Source: Octopus bimaculoides (Eukaryota). From it: a stretch of 64,000 bases of DNA. Positions 37,996 through 51,958 of the stretch are shown here, in pieces. Numbering within the stretch: the first letter of the stretch is position 1; each line of letters starts with the position of its first letter. Below the pieces are notes generated by a model that saw nothing but the letters and a program-made list of their open reading frames with translations, had not been told where the DNA came from and made no database searches. Both the position numbers and the translations under genes were made by a program. The DNA is taken from the NCBI RefSeq assembly GCF_001194135.2, contig NC_068985.1:33651029-33715028 (forward strand), written 5' to 3'.

Positions 37996-40900
37996 TTAAT
38001 ATTGATTTCTAACATCGGTACAAGACCTGAAATTTTCGTAGGAAGTATATTATTAATTAAATCAACTCCAGTACTTGACTGGAACTTTATTATTTGAAAT
38101 TAAGAAATAAAATCAGAAAACTAAACTAACTGAAACTAGAGCAGCATGTCTGGAACCAGTTGGTGTATGAAGGTATTGGAGTGTTGCGGTTTGTAGCCTT
38201 TCCAATTAAATTATTTGTAGTTTTAAAGCAAATTATTAAAATTTGCATGAAAATATGAGACAAGTTTAAATAGCCCTCCTCTGCATTTCTTTCTCTCTCT
38301 CAGACGCACACACAAACATAATGATATATGTATACCTCACATTCTACGTGCATAGAAATACATACATGTGTATATCTCTCCTTCTACATGTGTTTGTGTG
38401 TGTGTGAAGTTTCTAGTTCTGAAAAGCATGTGGAAATGAAAACCAGTGTATTACCAAAATTTACAACAGAATGTAGCCATCAAATTTCTGCAGATTACAC
38501 CCAAAATTTATCACCCAAATCCTAAGCTTTCCCTGTTGGCTATAAACTGTTCATTTATATTGCCTCATTAAATCTAATGTTCCCTAAAGACTTTCAGCTG
38601 CTTTCCTTCTCTTTATTAGAAACTTTCAGTCTACTATCATCTCTAACTATATACACATACGAAGAGGAAGCACAGAAGTACTCTATCATCACGTCATCTT
38701 CCAATGAAAATCTGACAATCTGATCATTCAACAATTCTAAAACAAATATTTTCTATTAGAATAAAATTGTATCACCCCATACCTTTATCACCCTATTGAC
38801 TTGACAGATCCTCCCTTGCAAAGATGTGAGAACTCAGTAACCAATCCCAGCACTCTCACCTGGAATTTGTATTCTTAACACTCCAAGCACCAGAAGCTGC
38901 AGACTTCTATAAAGCCCTATTACTCAACTCCATGGAATATTACATCTATATCTAGCACTTGGGACAACATTTAGATGAAAGTCATTTGCTTGCTTGGTAT
39001 ACTTTCTTCACTTGGTAGAGAGTTGGACAAAATGTGTTGCTGTGGTTAGTTACATCCCTTTACATTCCAAGTTCTAATTCCACCAAAGTCAGCTTCACCT
39101 TTACTCTTTTCAGGGTTTATAAACTACCAGTCAGATATAATATACTATACCATCCCCAAGAATCTTTGTCTTGATGCCTATGTTAGAAATTGATAGTCTT
39201 CCTTCATTGAAAATTTCCAATTTTTAGTTCAATGTGATGGTATACCTTCTTATATATTTATATTTTATTTCCTATATAGAACATCATTCAATCCTTGTAT
39301 CTATCTTTACCAATAAATATAAATACCCTTTCTATAATTACCCTTACTGCTACAACAGAGCCTGCCTCTCAGTACTTGACTGCTGCAACATTTCCACATA
39401 AACCATCTCATTACTTCTGCAGCTCTGTTTCTCATTCCTTAAATTATATTTCTTTCCCCAAACCCCACATTGAACATTACACACAGTCTCTCTGCCTATT
39501 CTCTATAGAACTGTCTTTTCTGTCATATATTCTTGCAATATATAAACTAAATTCCATTAATCTTAGACCTTTATTTCCTTCCTGAATAGTGTCTTTTAAA
39601 ATTATACCTGGGAGAAAAGTTGTATTAATAACAAAATCTCAATAAATTGTGATAATCATATTGCTTTCTCTGCCAGCAGCTTTGACACTAAACAAGCAAA
39701 CATTGAAATGATAAATTCAACTATTCTTTCTGATGTCAGCTCAATAAAGATAAATGTGAAAGAGGATATATGTTGGTATGCAGTGGGAGGAAGTAATGAC
39801 TGTTTCATCTTTAGTTATCTCAACTAATCTCTACTTCATGAACATGTTTGCTTTTATTTCCTATACAGATCATCGATAACCTACCAATCTTTGTCTCAAT
39901 CCTTACCAATAAATATAAATAACCTTTCTTCCTCAAACCTGCAAGCTTAAGTGAGAAAAAAACGTTTTTTGTTTTCATCATTATGAGGAAATGGAAACAT
40001 TTTTCTTTTGTTATATGCAGCATAAAATCCAATAAAAATAACAAGCAAAAGGAATGTTATTAATACATTAAGCTAAAAAGGTAAGAGTTAGAAAAGTGTA
40101 TCCAACTGTTATCCATCTGTTTTAATATAAAACAAACGAAAAAAAAAGGAGTGATGCCCACCAATTTCATGGAGGAAAAATGATCAAATGACACAAAAGA
40201 ATATACATGGAACATTATATTAAACAATGAGAAATAGAACACCATAGTATAAACATTATATTTTATTTGAGAGTAAACAGGGGTATGTTATCTATCTGAA
40301 AATATTATCATCACTTTCTGTTATCCATCTGAATATCAATTTATTGTAAACCAAACAGGAGGCTGATTTTTCAATCAGATCTAGTGTATTATGATACTTA
40401 TTTTATGGGGCGTTGAAAGATAAAAGAAATAGTGAAATCCAGCAGAATTTAAACCCAATAGTTATGATATATCAAACTAGATACTGCTTTGACAACCCTC
40501 ACCATCAAAATATCAGTTTAATTTCATACTACTTCACTTCATTAATCAAATTCAAAGTTTCGAGATGGTTTTTTTCCATATTACTTTGACCATAATTTAG
40601 ACATGTTATGTAATATTTTCTAAGCACACACACACAATCAAAACAAATGATCACCAGAGAATATATTCTATAGCATATGAAAAAATCAATATTTTAAATA
40701 TCTTGTATATTAACTGGACATTGAAATCTATACATGCAAAAATTTAGTAATCTACATCCAGCTGGTTACTTTTAAATATCATCATAATGTAACTGAAAAA
40801 AGAATGTTGACATTAGGTTATGTTTGTAATATTTCAGTTGTATGGCAAAAAAAAGGGGAGGTGTTTGTTCTTGCCTGTGCAAATATGCATTATTAGTCAC

Positions 40901-41567
40901 AAGTCATAACAAGACATTTGTCAGCGAAGGAAAAGTTGATCTGAATGAATAAATTATAATATCCAAGACAAAACTGGAGTGGAAGGCTGTTAGAATTCCT
41001 AAAAAAACTTGTTTACAAAGTTATAACAATATTTCACTGAATCTCGATTCTCACAGAAGCTGTTTGTTGATTGCCTGATACTGCTTTTTCAAGAACTATT
41101 CAAATTCACACAAATTCTTAAAGAAATTTTTCATCATCTCCTGCCATCAAGAACAAAGGTTCTGTTCTTATCATCTGTTAATCAACTTCAAACTGCTGTC
41201 ACTTTTTGTATTAAGAACAATATCCACTGTATAAGGATTCTTTGTCTTTTCAGTTTTCTGTAGCCATTTTATTTTCATTATTTTAATGCCAACAGTATTA
41301 ATGGTTTCTTGCAGAACCAGCAGTAATAATAGCAGATAAAAGGGAATATTCTTTGTTGTACTCAATCCATTGTGATTGTCTTCATTATCTTTTTTTTTTT
41401 TTTTTTGAAATTTATTTTGTTTAAAATCTGCTGCTGCAGGAAGTTCTTTTCAGAACAATTTTTTAAAAAAACATGTGTGTACTTATACATGCAAACACAA
41501 TTTGTTTGCTTACTATGAATTTAGTCGTGAATTTTGTCAGTTATGATGTTGATCTTGAAAACATTTA

Positions 41568-41621
<54 letters not shown>

Positions 41622-41829
41622 GTTCCCTATTTCTCATCTTTCTTTTTTGTCCATCTTGCCCCCCTCTCTCTCTCTCTCACACACTCACAGTACAAAAATA
41701 TATTTAAGAAAAGGTTCTTTCCGGTCTTATTACACAGTTTGCTTTGTGTCTTTTCCTTCTCTCCTGGAACAGAGGGCTGCATCTATGGTCTCTACTGGTC
41801 TACCAACACTAGTGAAATAATGCAGTTGA

Positions 41830-42110
41830 TATTCTTGAATAATTGCAAGAAAATCATGACCAGGAAGAGAATTCCAGAATGTTTCTGATCCAGAGAAGAA
41901 CTGGATATAGTGATCTGTAGTGGGCCTTCAAATGTAGACTCAACACAGGTGACTAGAGGAAGAGAGGCAAGTAGATCAGTCAGTGCTGAGGAACTGAACC
42001 TCCTGTAGTAGTGGTTGAAGAAGCAGAATGTGTAGACAGCATGTCTGTTGGTCAAACTTTGTGCCTATCTCAGTTGAGTAGCCTTTTAATGGATGTGGTC
42101 AAACCTCCAA
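41830..42110 (-). mobile_element. CR1/L2-like LINE 3' remnant
   Basis: Minus-strand RHAVYTFCFFNHYY...FSSSALTDL...(F)WNSLPGH-like terminal motifs. Confidence 0.5.
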
Positions 42111-42317
42111 GTTAGTCCTAATTAGCCATGGCTACGTTCAAAGTCATTCAAACCGTAGCAACCCCATCTTTTTTTTCCAGCTGAATTTACATTATGTAAA
42201 TTATGTAATGCATTCTACTTTAAGATAGAATGTAATTATAGGTGATTTGGCTGCTATTTCTAGCAGAGCAGGTGAACACATTGAACCCCCACCCCATCTC
42301 ATCCTTGATAGCTTGTC

Positions 42318-43516
42318 TGATGACCACAACTCTTTGAATTTTAATAATAATACCTACAGACAGATATCAGGGACTGCAATGGGTACTAAAGTTGCCCCAA
42401 CTTATGCCTACCTAGAATTACAAATCTATAAACAATCCAAATCAAAATACAGCCTGTCTTTCCACAAATACCTCTTGGAGAATTGGAAACGCTACTTGGA
42501 TGACTGCCTCATCCTATTGTCCCACACACTCGACCAACTCAATGATTTCAAAAATTTAATCAACAGTGTCAACAACCATATCCAATTTACAATTACAAGA
42601 CCAACTTCCTCTTCTTGACATTTATTATAAAAAAAAAGGCACCAACATTGAAACTGATATCCACTGATATCCACTACAAACCAACTGATTCACCTCCAGT
42701 CACCCAAAGCACACGAAAACAAACATCCCCCTCAACCTAACGAGAAGAATCTATGCAATTGTCTCAAATTATAGAACGTGAAATAAAAGATTCCAAGAAC
42801 TAAAGGCAATTCTTCTAGAAAGACATTACCAAGCATCATTAGTTGACAAAGGAATAGAACAGACCAAGACTTACGAAAACTGAAACACACACAAGGTACA
42901 TTAAATATTCTCCCATATCTCTCAATACACAATCCAAGAAATGCAGAAGCTTACATAATTATATACAAGAACATCCCACTACTGAGTCAAGATCCATGTC
43001 TAAAAAAAGCACTCGAAACCCATAAAATAATAAAAAGCAAGAGACAACCCAAATCCCTAAAAAACCTACTCACCAATGCAAAATTACCCAACACAAGCCC
43101 ACCACCCACCATCAAAAGATGTGGTCGTTCTAACTGCAGGACTTGCATCCACCTCATTGAAGGAAAAATATACAAATTCCAGTCGGGACACACTTTTGTC
43201 GTAAAAAATAACTTCACCTGTGCATCAAAGAATTTACTTTATGCCATAAGGTGTGAAGGGTGCCACAAAAATTACATAGGGCAAATGAGTCTTACCTTCA
43301 GAGAAAGGATGACAGTCCACTGCCAACAATTGAGGGATCCCACCAGAAGACAGATACTACTTAGTGATCATTTAGATCTCTGTGCACAAAACAAGTCCCC
43401 CAAATTCCTAGATTTCCCACTATACCAATACCCAGACAACACCACTGACCAAGCACGAATAAATAGGGAAAATAATCTTATTCAAAAATACAGACCACAA
43501 CTCAACATACTCTAAT
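42318..43516 (+). mobile_element. Decayed Penelope-like element: RT plus C-terminal GIY-YIG endonuclease
   Basis: YRQISGTAMGTKVAPTYA, WKRYLDD, HYKPTD, IPLNLTRRI, CGRSNCRTC, CASKNLLYAIRCEGCHKNYIGQ and RENNLIQKYRPQLN*; several frameshifts. Confidence 0.93.
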
Positions 43517-43527
43517 ATACCCACCAG

Positions 43528-43568
<41 letters not shown>

Positions 43569-44770
43569 NNNNNNNNNNNNNNNNCATACGGTTGCTTACA
43601 CACACACACACCACAAGGGTATTTAAAACAACACAAACATACTCAGACAGAGACACACACATACACTCAGGTACACACACACATAACATCCCCACTAACA
43701 TAAAACACACAAACATACACACACACACACATACACGTGTACACATATATACATACCGTCCTTCTAAATATACATAAACCCATACACACATCACACTAAA
43801 CTCTGGGACCAATCAAAAATGGCCCACACACACATATATATATATATTTATATACACACACACACACACACACACATAGAGATGTGTACAGACGCACATG
43901 CACACACACACCATTCTGACCTCTAAGACCANNNNNNNNNNTCTGACCTCTAAGACCAGTCCCAAAAACCACTGAACCATGACAGACTAGCCCAGAAACA
44001 AAAAAAAATCCTTTTGATTCCACATTACTCTTTCCCGCCCATCCAACCTCCCACACTATTCCTTAAAAAAGCAAACATTCCTTAGCTACACACAAGACAG
44101 AAAATATCAGACAGACAGGTCAGTTATTCCTCTCCAATTTTTTGTAAATTCTTAAATATATCTCCTTCTGTATATATACGACCACACAATATATCTCCTT
44201 CTGTATATATACGACCACGCAAACATGATTTTTATTAAGCTCAAAATACTTATTGTATTCCCTTTCTTGAATACTTTCATGTAAACTGTTTTTAGCATTT
44301 TCTTATCATGATCAAAGACTGTATAACTATATTTTAATATTTTTGTTCTAACCATTTTTTAACACAACAAAGCTTTACATTTCACTTTTGATAATCTTTT
44401 TCTAAAAAAGTGAAACCAGGCAAGTCAATAAACATCTCTAAAAGACCTTTGCATTTTCAACCCTTCTTTCATATGTGTATGTATATATATATATATATAT
44501 ATACATATATATATANNNNNNNNNNNNNNNNNNNNNNNNNNNNNNNNNNNNNNNNNNNNNNNNNNNNNNNNNNNNNNNNNNNNNNNNNNNNNNNNNNNNN
44601 NNNNNNNNNNNNNNNNNNNNNNNNNNNNNNNNNNNNNNNNNNNNNNNNNNNNNNNNNNNNNNNNNNNNNNNNNNNNNNNNNNNNNNNNNNNNNNNNNNNN
44701 NNNNNNNNNNNNNNNNNNNNNNNNNNNNNNNNNNNNNNNNNNNNNNNNNNNNNNNNNNNNNNNNNNNNNA

Positions 44771-45640
44771 ACATCCGCCTTCCATGCAGGCATGGGTTGG
44801 ATGATTTGACAGGAGCCAGCCAGGAAGATGACTATCCCAGGCTACTGTGTCTATTTTAGTAGGGCTTTTACAGCTAGATGCTCTTCCTAACACCAATCAC
44901 TCCACAGAGTGGACTGAGTGCTTTTTACATGGCACCAGCACAGGCAAGGTCAGTTTTGGCATGGTTTTTACAGTTGGGTGCCCTTCCAAATGCCAACTAC
45001 CTTACAGTGTGGGCTTGGATGCTTTTTACATGGCACCAGCACCAGCAGGATCACCAAGTAACTTGCAAGACAAGGAAATTTTGAGGGGGCGGGGCATTGG
45101 AGGGGAGAATTTCGTGTCAGATGATGAAAGGTTAGAGTTTGACAGAGAAACAGAGAGGCAGAAACAGGTGTCTTGCTATAGAGGAGATACATGGTTATCA
45201 AGCCAGAGTGAGAGAGAGAGAGGAAGAAGGGAAGGAAGAGAGAGAGGGAAAGAGAAAGAGAGTGGAAAACAGAAAAGGTGCAAGAGAGAGCAAGAGAGAG
45301 ATGGTGGTAAAGTGCCAAAGTATACTCACAAGTAACAGAGATCAGAGCATAGTTGGGATGGTAGGGTAAACAAGAGAGAGATAAATGGTGGGAATTGCCA
45401 GGGCATGCCCTCAATGTATGGAGGTCATAATATACACAGCCAGGTATTGCCAAGAAGGCGCAAGTTGGGAGTACGGATTGCAGTGTTTGGTGAGAGATAA
45501 GCAGTGTATGAAGAGGAAATGTAAGGAATGAAAAGATGCATTTAGAAGAGATGTAGTTGGTTTTTTGGGGTAGGGTGTGTGAAAAGTTTATTGTTACATG
45601 TGGGTGGGACACAATACTTCTAGCACTCAGTTTTGCTGAC
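44771..45640 (-). mobile_element. RTE-related 3' UTR fragment
   Basis: catccgccttccatgcaggcatgggttggat...ctacagctagatgctcttcctaacaccaatcac, same family as 2340-2870 and 32568 onward. Confidence 0.65.
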
Positions 45641-46721
45641 ATGAGCTGGTCTTCTCTAGCACCTCTATATATATATATATATAAAACTTACTTGGAAATG
45701 GATGTGTGGTGTTCAATCATATAATAATATAAACAATATATAAATATATATGCATACATACACATATATATGTACATACATATATTTGTATATACATGCA
45801 TATATGAGCACATAACATAAACAACAAAATAAACCTAAAATACGAAAACAACATGAAATACAAAATATGAAAACATAGAATACGAACCTTTTTTGCAAAC
45901 AACAAAAGAAACAAACAGAAAACAAGACAAGCAACACGAAAAACGACCCTTCAATTGTTGGCTGTTTTTCTACTTCATATTTCGAGCATTTCACAAGATA
46001 CGTTTTCCACATAACAGTTGCTCCCGCAAAGCAAATTAAATAAAATTTGGGATTTTGTGGAGGGTCAAAGTTAATAACAAAAACAAGTCAGTGAAAACAG
46101 ACAGGAAGGACTGCTAAGCCTAGATGAAGTAAGTTGGTGAACATGGAGAAACAAGTTCTGACAGGATACAGACAAGAATGCGTCCAATTCCTGTGGCTGA
46201 TCCCCTATCGGGTGGCTTTAAGCTAGTATATAGCTTTTAAGCTACTGACCCCCAAATTGGAAGATCTGCAAACAGATTTCTGACTTGTTTTGGAGAATTT
46301 GTTTCTATTGCTTCCTCCAGAGTCATATCCCAAGGATGATCATATTCGTCAGAAAAAAATCAAGTAAAAAAATCACCAAAAATAATCGCTGGATTTTGTA
46401 ATTAATTTCAATTATTCCCAAAATTTATTTCCAAGTTATAAAAATTATCATCGTACAAAACAATTCATCGCAAAAAAAAATCACGTTAAAAAAAAAAACG
46501 CCCAAAACAATCGCAGTAATGAAAACTTGGGAATCCAAAATTTCAGGATTGTGGGTCTGGATTCGGTCTGGAATGTTTTTAATTTACTCATGGAGTCAGT
46601 GTGATTCCAAAATGGTATGATATGTTGGGCTACGACCTCTAGGAGTAAAGGTGAAAAAAGTGTGACACACTGACATTATATTAGATATATACATACATAT
46701 ATGTACACACACACACATATG

Positions 46722-46752
<31 letters not shown>

Positions 46753-47056
46753 CTGGGAAGAGACTCAGATAAAAATCTTGTAGAATATTGTGCAAAGCTC
46801 ATCTACAGTTATTGACTACCTGATATCATTATACAATGAAAATGTTCCTGTTATTGGGTATACAGGTTGAGAATACATTGAAACATTTGTAGTGATTTTG
46901 AATAAAGAATGTTGTTAAATTCATTTTCTTTCATTTTATATATATATGTGTGTGTGTATGTATGTATATATGTGTGTGTGTGTTATGTGTAAATAGATAT
47001 ACATAACTATTGAAACTGAACGTTATCCTTCTTTTTAATCTATTTTTAATAATTAG

Positions 47057-47192
47057 AAACTCATTGCGGCTTGCTATTCGAAAATTGACTTATGCTCCTG
47101 AAGAACCAGCACCGCAACCTAGCGCTGAAAATACTAAAGAATTCATGATGAGTCCAGGAAATATGAAGCTGGAAGCCTCTCTTGATAAAGAA
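47057..47192 (+). CDS. ARRB: Beta-arrestin exon (R)NSLRLAIRKLTYAPEEPAPQPSAENTKEFMMSPGNMKLEASLDKE
   Basis: aattag|a aac...gaa|gtaaca; 136 nt, phase 2-0; polar-core IRK and LEASLDKE. Confidence 0.97.
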
Positions 47193-47754
47193 GTAACATT
47201 TTCCATTTCTTGAACATTTATCTTGACAATTATGTAATCCAATACTGTTTTTTAGTGCTGTTTAATTGATAAAAGAAAATTACACTTCATTACATAAAAA
47301 GTAGGTGAAACCAAGTCATAATTCTAGTTCAATACTGATAAAATGTATGTTATCAAGCTGAAAAAATTTTAAGAATGACACAAGCATTCACATCAGTCAC
47401 ATATTTTTTTCCAATAAAAAGAAATTATTTACTTAAAATAAATAGAGGTAGCCATAGCCTGTTAGGAATGTTTTTAATAAATATATTAAGATTTTCACAG
47501 TCGTATTTCAGAAGACTGAATCTTTGAATTTTGGTTGTACTACATTCCTGCTAATAACATCCATTTATTCCTTCCAGATGTTCATTTATCTGCCTACCAT
47601 TAGTCTTTTAGTGCAAATCAGATTATTTTTCTATTATTCTGTTATCAGTTTCAACTAGAGGCTGTGGCTATGCTGAGCAAATACAAAGCCATATGTATAT
47701 ATATTTTTATACTCACACACAGACACATGCACACACACTCACACACACACAGGT

Positions 47755-48620
47755 ACATAAGGTATTTGAGGACAAATTTGTTTTGGGGATTTTTTTGAGA
47801 AAAACATACATATAATAACTTTATTAAAAAGATTTGTACATATAAACTAGATTATCTTCTTTATAATTTTATTCAATGTAGCCTGCTATGTGAGATCTGA
47901 ATTGTTTACATGCCTGAATTAAAAGGTCCTGGTTTATATCTGACTATGGCAGCTTTCAAAGAATCCCTGGTGTTGTGGGGATGTTTGTCATAACCTCTCT
48001 CTCAACAACACTCCACACATAGAAGTCCAGTGGATTGAGAGCTGGTGAATTTGGATGCCAAATGTTAGGGGTTATGTGATTATGAAAATTGTCAGCTATC
48101 CATTCTCGGGTTGCTTCAGCCTTATGTGATAGTGCAGAGTTCTGCTGAAACATGTACAGCCTTTCATTACATACTCTATCTCTTCAAGGCTTGACAACTA
48201 TTTCCCGGACCTCAGTGTAGCCAGCAGAGTTAACTCTTAAGGCCTTCTAGAAAGAAGTGAGGAGGCATCATATGTCCTTCATTTACTGACAACTCCAAAG
48301 CCCATGACAGTTGCAGAAAATTTTGTGTACATGACTGCTGGAACTTCAGAAGGGTTTGAACATAAACCATCTGTCATTTTTTACTGTCACTCTTGTAATC
48401 CTGGTCAAAGTTTTTCTCATCTGAGAAAAACCAAATTATGTCATGTTCTTCTGGGTTTCTAACTTTATTTAATAACCTTTTAGATCTGATCAAATGATTT
48501 GATTTGATTTTTTCTGACATTAATTGATTTCTCCTCATCATGTAAGACTTGTACTGGATGTCTTTGTAGACAATATTTGTGATTGCCCCTTCTGATACAT
48601 GGAGATCTTTTGCAATTGAC
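47755..48620 (-). mobile_element. Decayed Tc1/mariner DD37D (maT-type) transposon
   Basis: WFFSDEKNFDQD and FQQ(N)SALSH...SPALNPLD, with exactly 37 residues between the second and third catalytic positions. Confidence 0.9.
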
Positions 48621-48977
48621 CTCATGGACACAGTCTAATGACTGAAATAAGTAAAAGATAAATGATATACAGTGGATTCCCACATAATTTCTATCTACCA
48701 AATTCACTCACAAGTCTTTGATTAGCCCAGAGCTGTTGTAAAAGACACTTACCCAAGGTGCCATGCAGTGGGACTGAACCCAAAACTATGTGTTTGCAAA
48801 GCAAGTTTCTTACCACACAGCCATTCTTACAAGGGAGATTCCTCATAAAATTCTTTTCTTGCCTTTCATTTTGTTTCTTTTATTTTTCTTGCTTTCTTCA
48901 CATTCAGTTACCTCACCACCACCAATAATAATTTTAAACTTTTCAAATTCACTATCTTCCTTATTGTCTACTTGCAG

Positions 48978-49062
48978 AAATACTACCATGGCGAAAGCTT
49001 ATGTATTAATGTTTTGGTTGACAATAATACTAACAAAAGTGTGAAAAAGATCAAAATCTCAG
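48978..49062 (+). CDS. ARRB: Beta-arrestin exon KYYHGESLCINVLVDNNTNKSVKKIKIS(V)
   Basis: cttgcag|aaa...tca g|gtgagt; 85 nt, phase 0-1; conserved YYHGE and NNTNK.VKKIKIS. Confidence 0.97.
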
Positions 49063-49849
49063 GTGAGTTCACATTGTCTGTTTCCCAACAATTATTTAAC
49101 CCTTTTTTTACCATATTTCTGTTGAGATAGATTGTCTTCATTCCAATTAATTATGAAAATAATGAAGAATTTAGTAAAATAAATTAGGTATAGTTAAGTT
49201 GGTGTCTGAAACAAATTAAAATAAAATTTTGATGGAAGGTTAAATTTAAATCACTTTAAAACTGGAAGTTTGTGTCATGGGACCAGAGGCAGTCTCAGGC
49301 AGGTTAGTATCATAAGTTTTAATTCTGATTAAAGTTGTGTATGATAGAATTTTGAATTTACATTTTGTCTCATTTTCTTTATTTTAATTCCAAACCACAT
49401 TAATGTTGATTTCCACCCTCCTCCCTTTTTTTTACTCTAGCATCAATAAAAAAGGTATCCTTAATATATTAGTGTTAATATTTAATTCCAGTAAAGGCAG
49501 CAAGCTGGCAGAATTGTTAGCACGATAGGCAAAATGCTTAGCAGTATTTTACATTCTGAATTCAAATTCAGTCGAGAGCAACTTTGCCTTTTATCCTTTC
49601 AGGGTTGATAAAATAAGTACCAGTTGACTACTAAGGTTGATGTAATTGACTTACCCACTCCCTGAAATTGCTGACCTTATATCAAAATTTGAAACAAATA
49701 TTTAATTCCAATAAACAAACAGAATATTGAATTCTTAAATTATCTTATAACTTATTTCAATGCTGAAATAAGTCTTAGAGAGCTCTAGCCAATAAGCCTC
49801 TTAGACCCTTTTGGCTGATATATATACACACTCTCTACTATTCTTGATA

Positions 49850-50070
49850 TTCAAAAACAGCATACCCACCTGATCTTGCCCCCACTGACTACCACTTCTT
49901 CCAGAATTTGGATAACTTTTTGATAGGAAAAAACCGATGATGCTGTAAAATAGGCCTTCCAAGATTTTATTGACTAGATTGCCAGGCTTTTACAGTTCCA
50001 GGCTGGACAAGCTACCGCTGAAATGGCAATAGTGTATTGGCAATATGGGTGCATACTTTGATGAATAAAA
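49850..50070 (+). mobile_element. Mariner transposase C-terminal remnant
   Basis: YPPDLAPTDYH (YSPDLAPxD motif)...DDAVK*AFQDFID...YGCIL*. Confidence 0.75.
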
Positions 50071-50778
50071 CTATTCCTTGTGTTTATAAAACATAAGCAA
50101 TTTTTTTTCTACAAATTTCATACTTGATGAGCTAATATATATATATATACCTCGTTCAGAGATTTAACATATATNNNNNNNNNNNNNNNNNNNNNNNNNN
50201 NNNNNNNNNNNNNNNNNNNNNNNNNNNNNNNNNNNNNNNNNNNNNNNNNNNNNNNNNNNNNNNNNNNNNNNNNNNNNNNNNNNNNNNNNNNNNNNNNNNN
50301 NNNNNNNNNNNNNNNNNNNNNNNNNNNNNNNNNNNNNNNNNNNNNNNNNNNNNNNNNNNNNNNNNNNNNNNNNNNNNNNNNNNNNNNNNNNNNNNNNNNN
50401 NNNNNNNNNNNNNNNNNNNNNNNNNNNNNNNNNNNNNNNNNNNNNNNNNNNNNNNNNNNNNNNNNNNNNNNNNNNNNNNNNNNNNNNNNNNNNNNNNNNN
50501 NNNNNNNNNNNNNNNNNNNNNNNNNNNNNNNNNNNNNNNNNNNNNNNNNNNNNNNNNNNNNNNNNNNNNNNNNNNNNNNNNNNNNNNNNNNNNNNNNNNN
50601 NNNNNNNNNNNNNNNNNNNNNNNNNNNNNNNNNNNNNNNNNNNNNNNNNNNNNNNNNNNNNNNNNNNNNNNNNNNNNNNNNNNNNNNNNNNNNNNNNNNN
50701 NNNNNNNNNNNNNNNNNNNNNNNNNNNNNNNNNNNNNNNNNNNNNNNNNNNNNNNNNNNNNNNNNNNNNNNNNNNNNN

Positions 50779-50809
<31 letters not shown>

Positions 50810-50812
<3 letters not shown>

Positions 50813-51648
50813 GGTGCGATGGGTAAATTGTCACCATTTTATATTTTTTATTTCATGCGTGCACATTGTTTGTTTTTGACTTTGTTGGCTACACAGTATA
50901 GTAGGGTCAGTCGGGCACCATCTGTGAGAAAATCAGTACCATGATGCAATTCACTCTGCCAGAAATTTGGAAATGACATGCTGTACTGCTTGGCATTTGC
51001 ACTAGAAGCTCCAATACAAACATTTCAAAGTGTTTGCATGTCAATCTGAGGACATGTACCAAGAGTGATAAAAATCAAACATCCAGTCAACATAATGGTG
51101 TTTGGAGTAATCGCTAGTGATGGTGAGCTTATGCTTCTATTCATCTTCCCACACAGCCTCAGACTCAACACGAAGGCCTACATCAAGTGCCTGAATGAGG
51201 TAGTGCTGCGCTGGGTCAAGAGAGTGGCTGCTGGAAGACCCTATATCTGGCAACAGGACTCTGCTTCATGCCACACAAGCAGGAGAACCCAGTCATGGCT
51301 GTCAGACAATTCCTGAGACCACATCACCCCTAACATCTGGTCACCTAACTCCCCAGTTGAGCAAGAGACTGACAAAACTCCTTGTAACACCAAAGATGAA
51401 CTGAAGGCAAGGTTTAGGGCAGCATTCACCAACTTCAACAAGGAGACTGTCCAGAAGAGTTGTAGGAAATTCCAAAGTCATCTGGAGGCTATGGTTGAAG
51501 CCAATGGTGATTTTATTGAACAAGTTTTTTCTCTTTAGTATTTCAAGATATTTTTATGTAATTTTGGTAAATATATCTGTTAAAATGAAATGTAAGTGTT
51601 ATTTTCATTTTTGCATAATTTAAACGACAGTTTATTCACCGCACCCTG
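50810..51648 (+). mobile_element. Internally deleted DD37D Tc1/mariner element with both TIRs and TA TSD
   Basis: ta|cagggtgcgatgggtaaattgtc ... gacagtttattcaccgcaccctg|ta; HPVNIMVFGVI and WQQDSASCHTSRRTQ. Confidence 0.9.
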
Positions 51649-51837
51649 TATGTATATATATATATCATCATCATCATCATCATCATTTAAATGTCTGCTT
51701 TCCATGCATCCAACCCATGCCAGCATGGAAAGCGGGTATTTAAATGATGGTGCAAGCGCTAATATTTATAAACATGTGACATATTAATAAAAATCTGTAA
51801 ATGTACAACCATCCAGATATCTGAGTACCTTATTATT

Positions 51838-51875
<38 letters not shown>

Positions 51876-51958
51876 AAGGACAGTATACACTTTATTATTA
51901 TTTTTAATTTTTAATATTTCTAATGTTTTAATTAACATTATATATATACCATTGGTTC

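Noticed and set aside
43912-43958. tctgacctctaagacca repeated on both sides of a 10-N gap
   Set aside because: Typical unmerged contig overlap, so an assembly artefact.
20572-44220. Small perfect tandem duplications (27 nt at ~20572, 33 nt at ~44156)
   Set aside because: Ordinary slippage products in AT-rich intron with no sign of function.
44383-44430. Degenerate hammerhead-like string downstream of the Penelope ORF (TTGATAA...GAAAC...GTC)
   Set aside because: Two core mismatches and no stem I; too weak to call.
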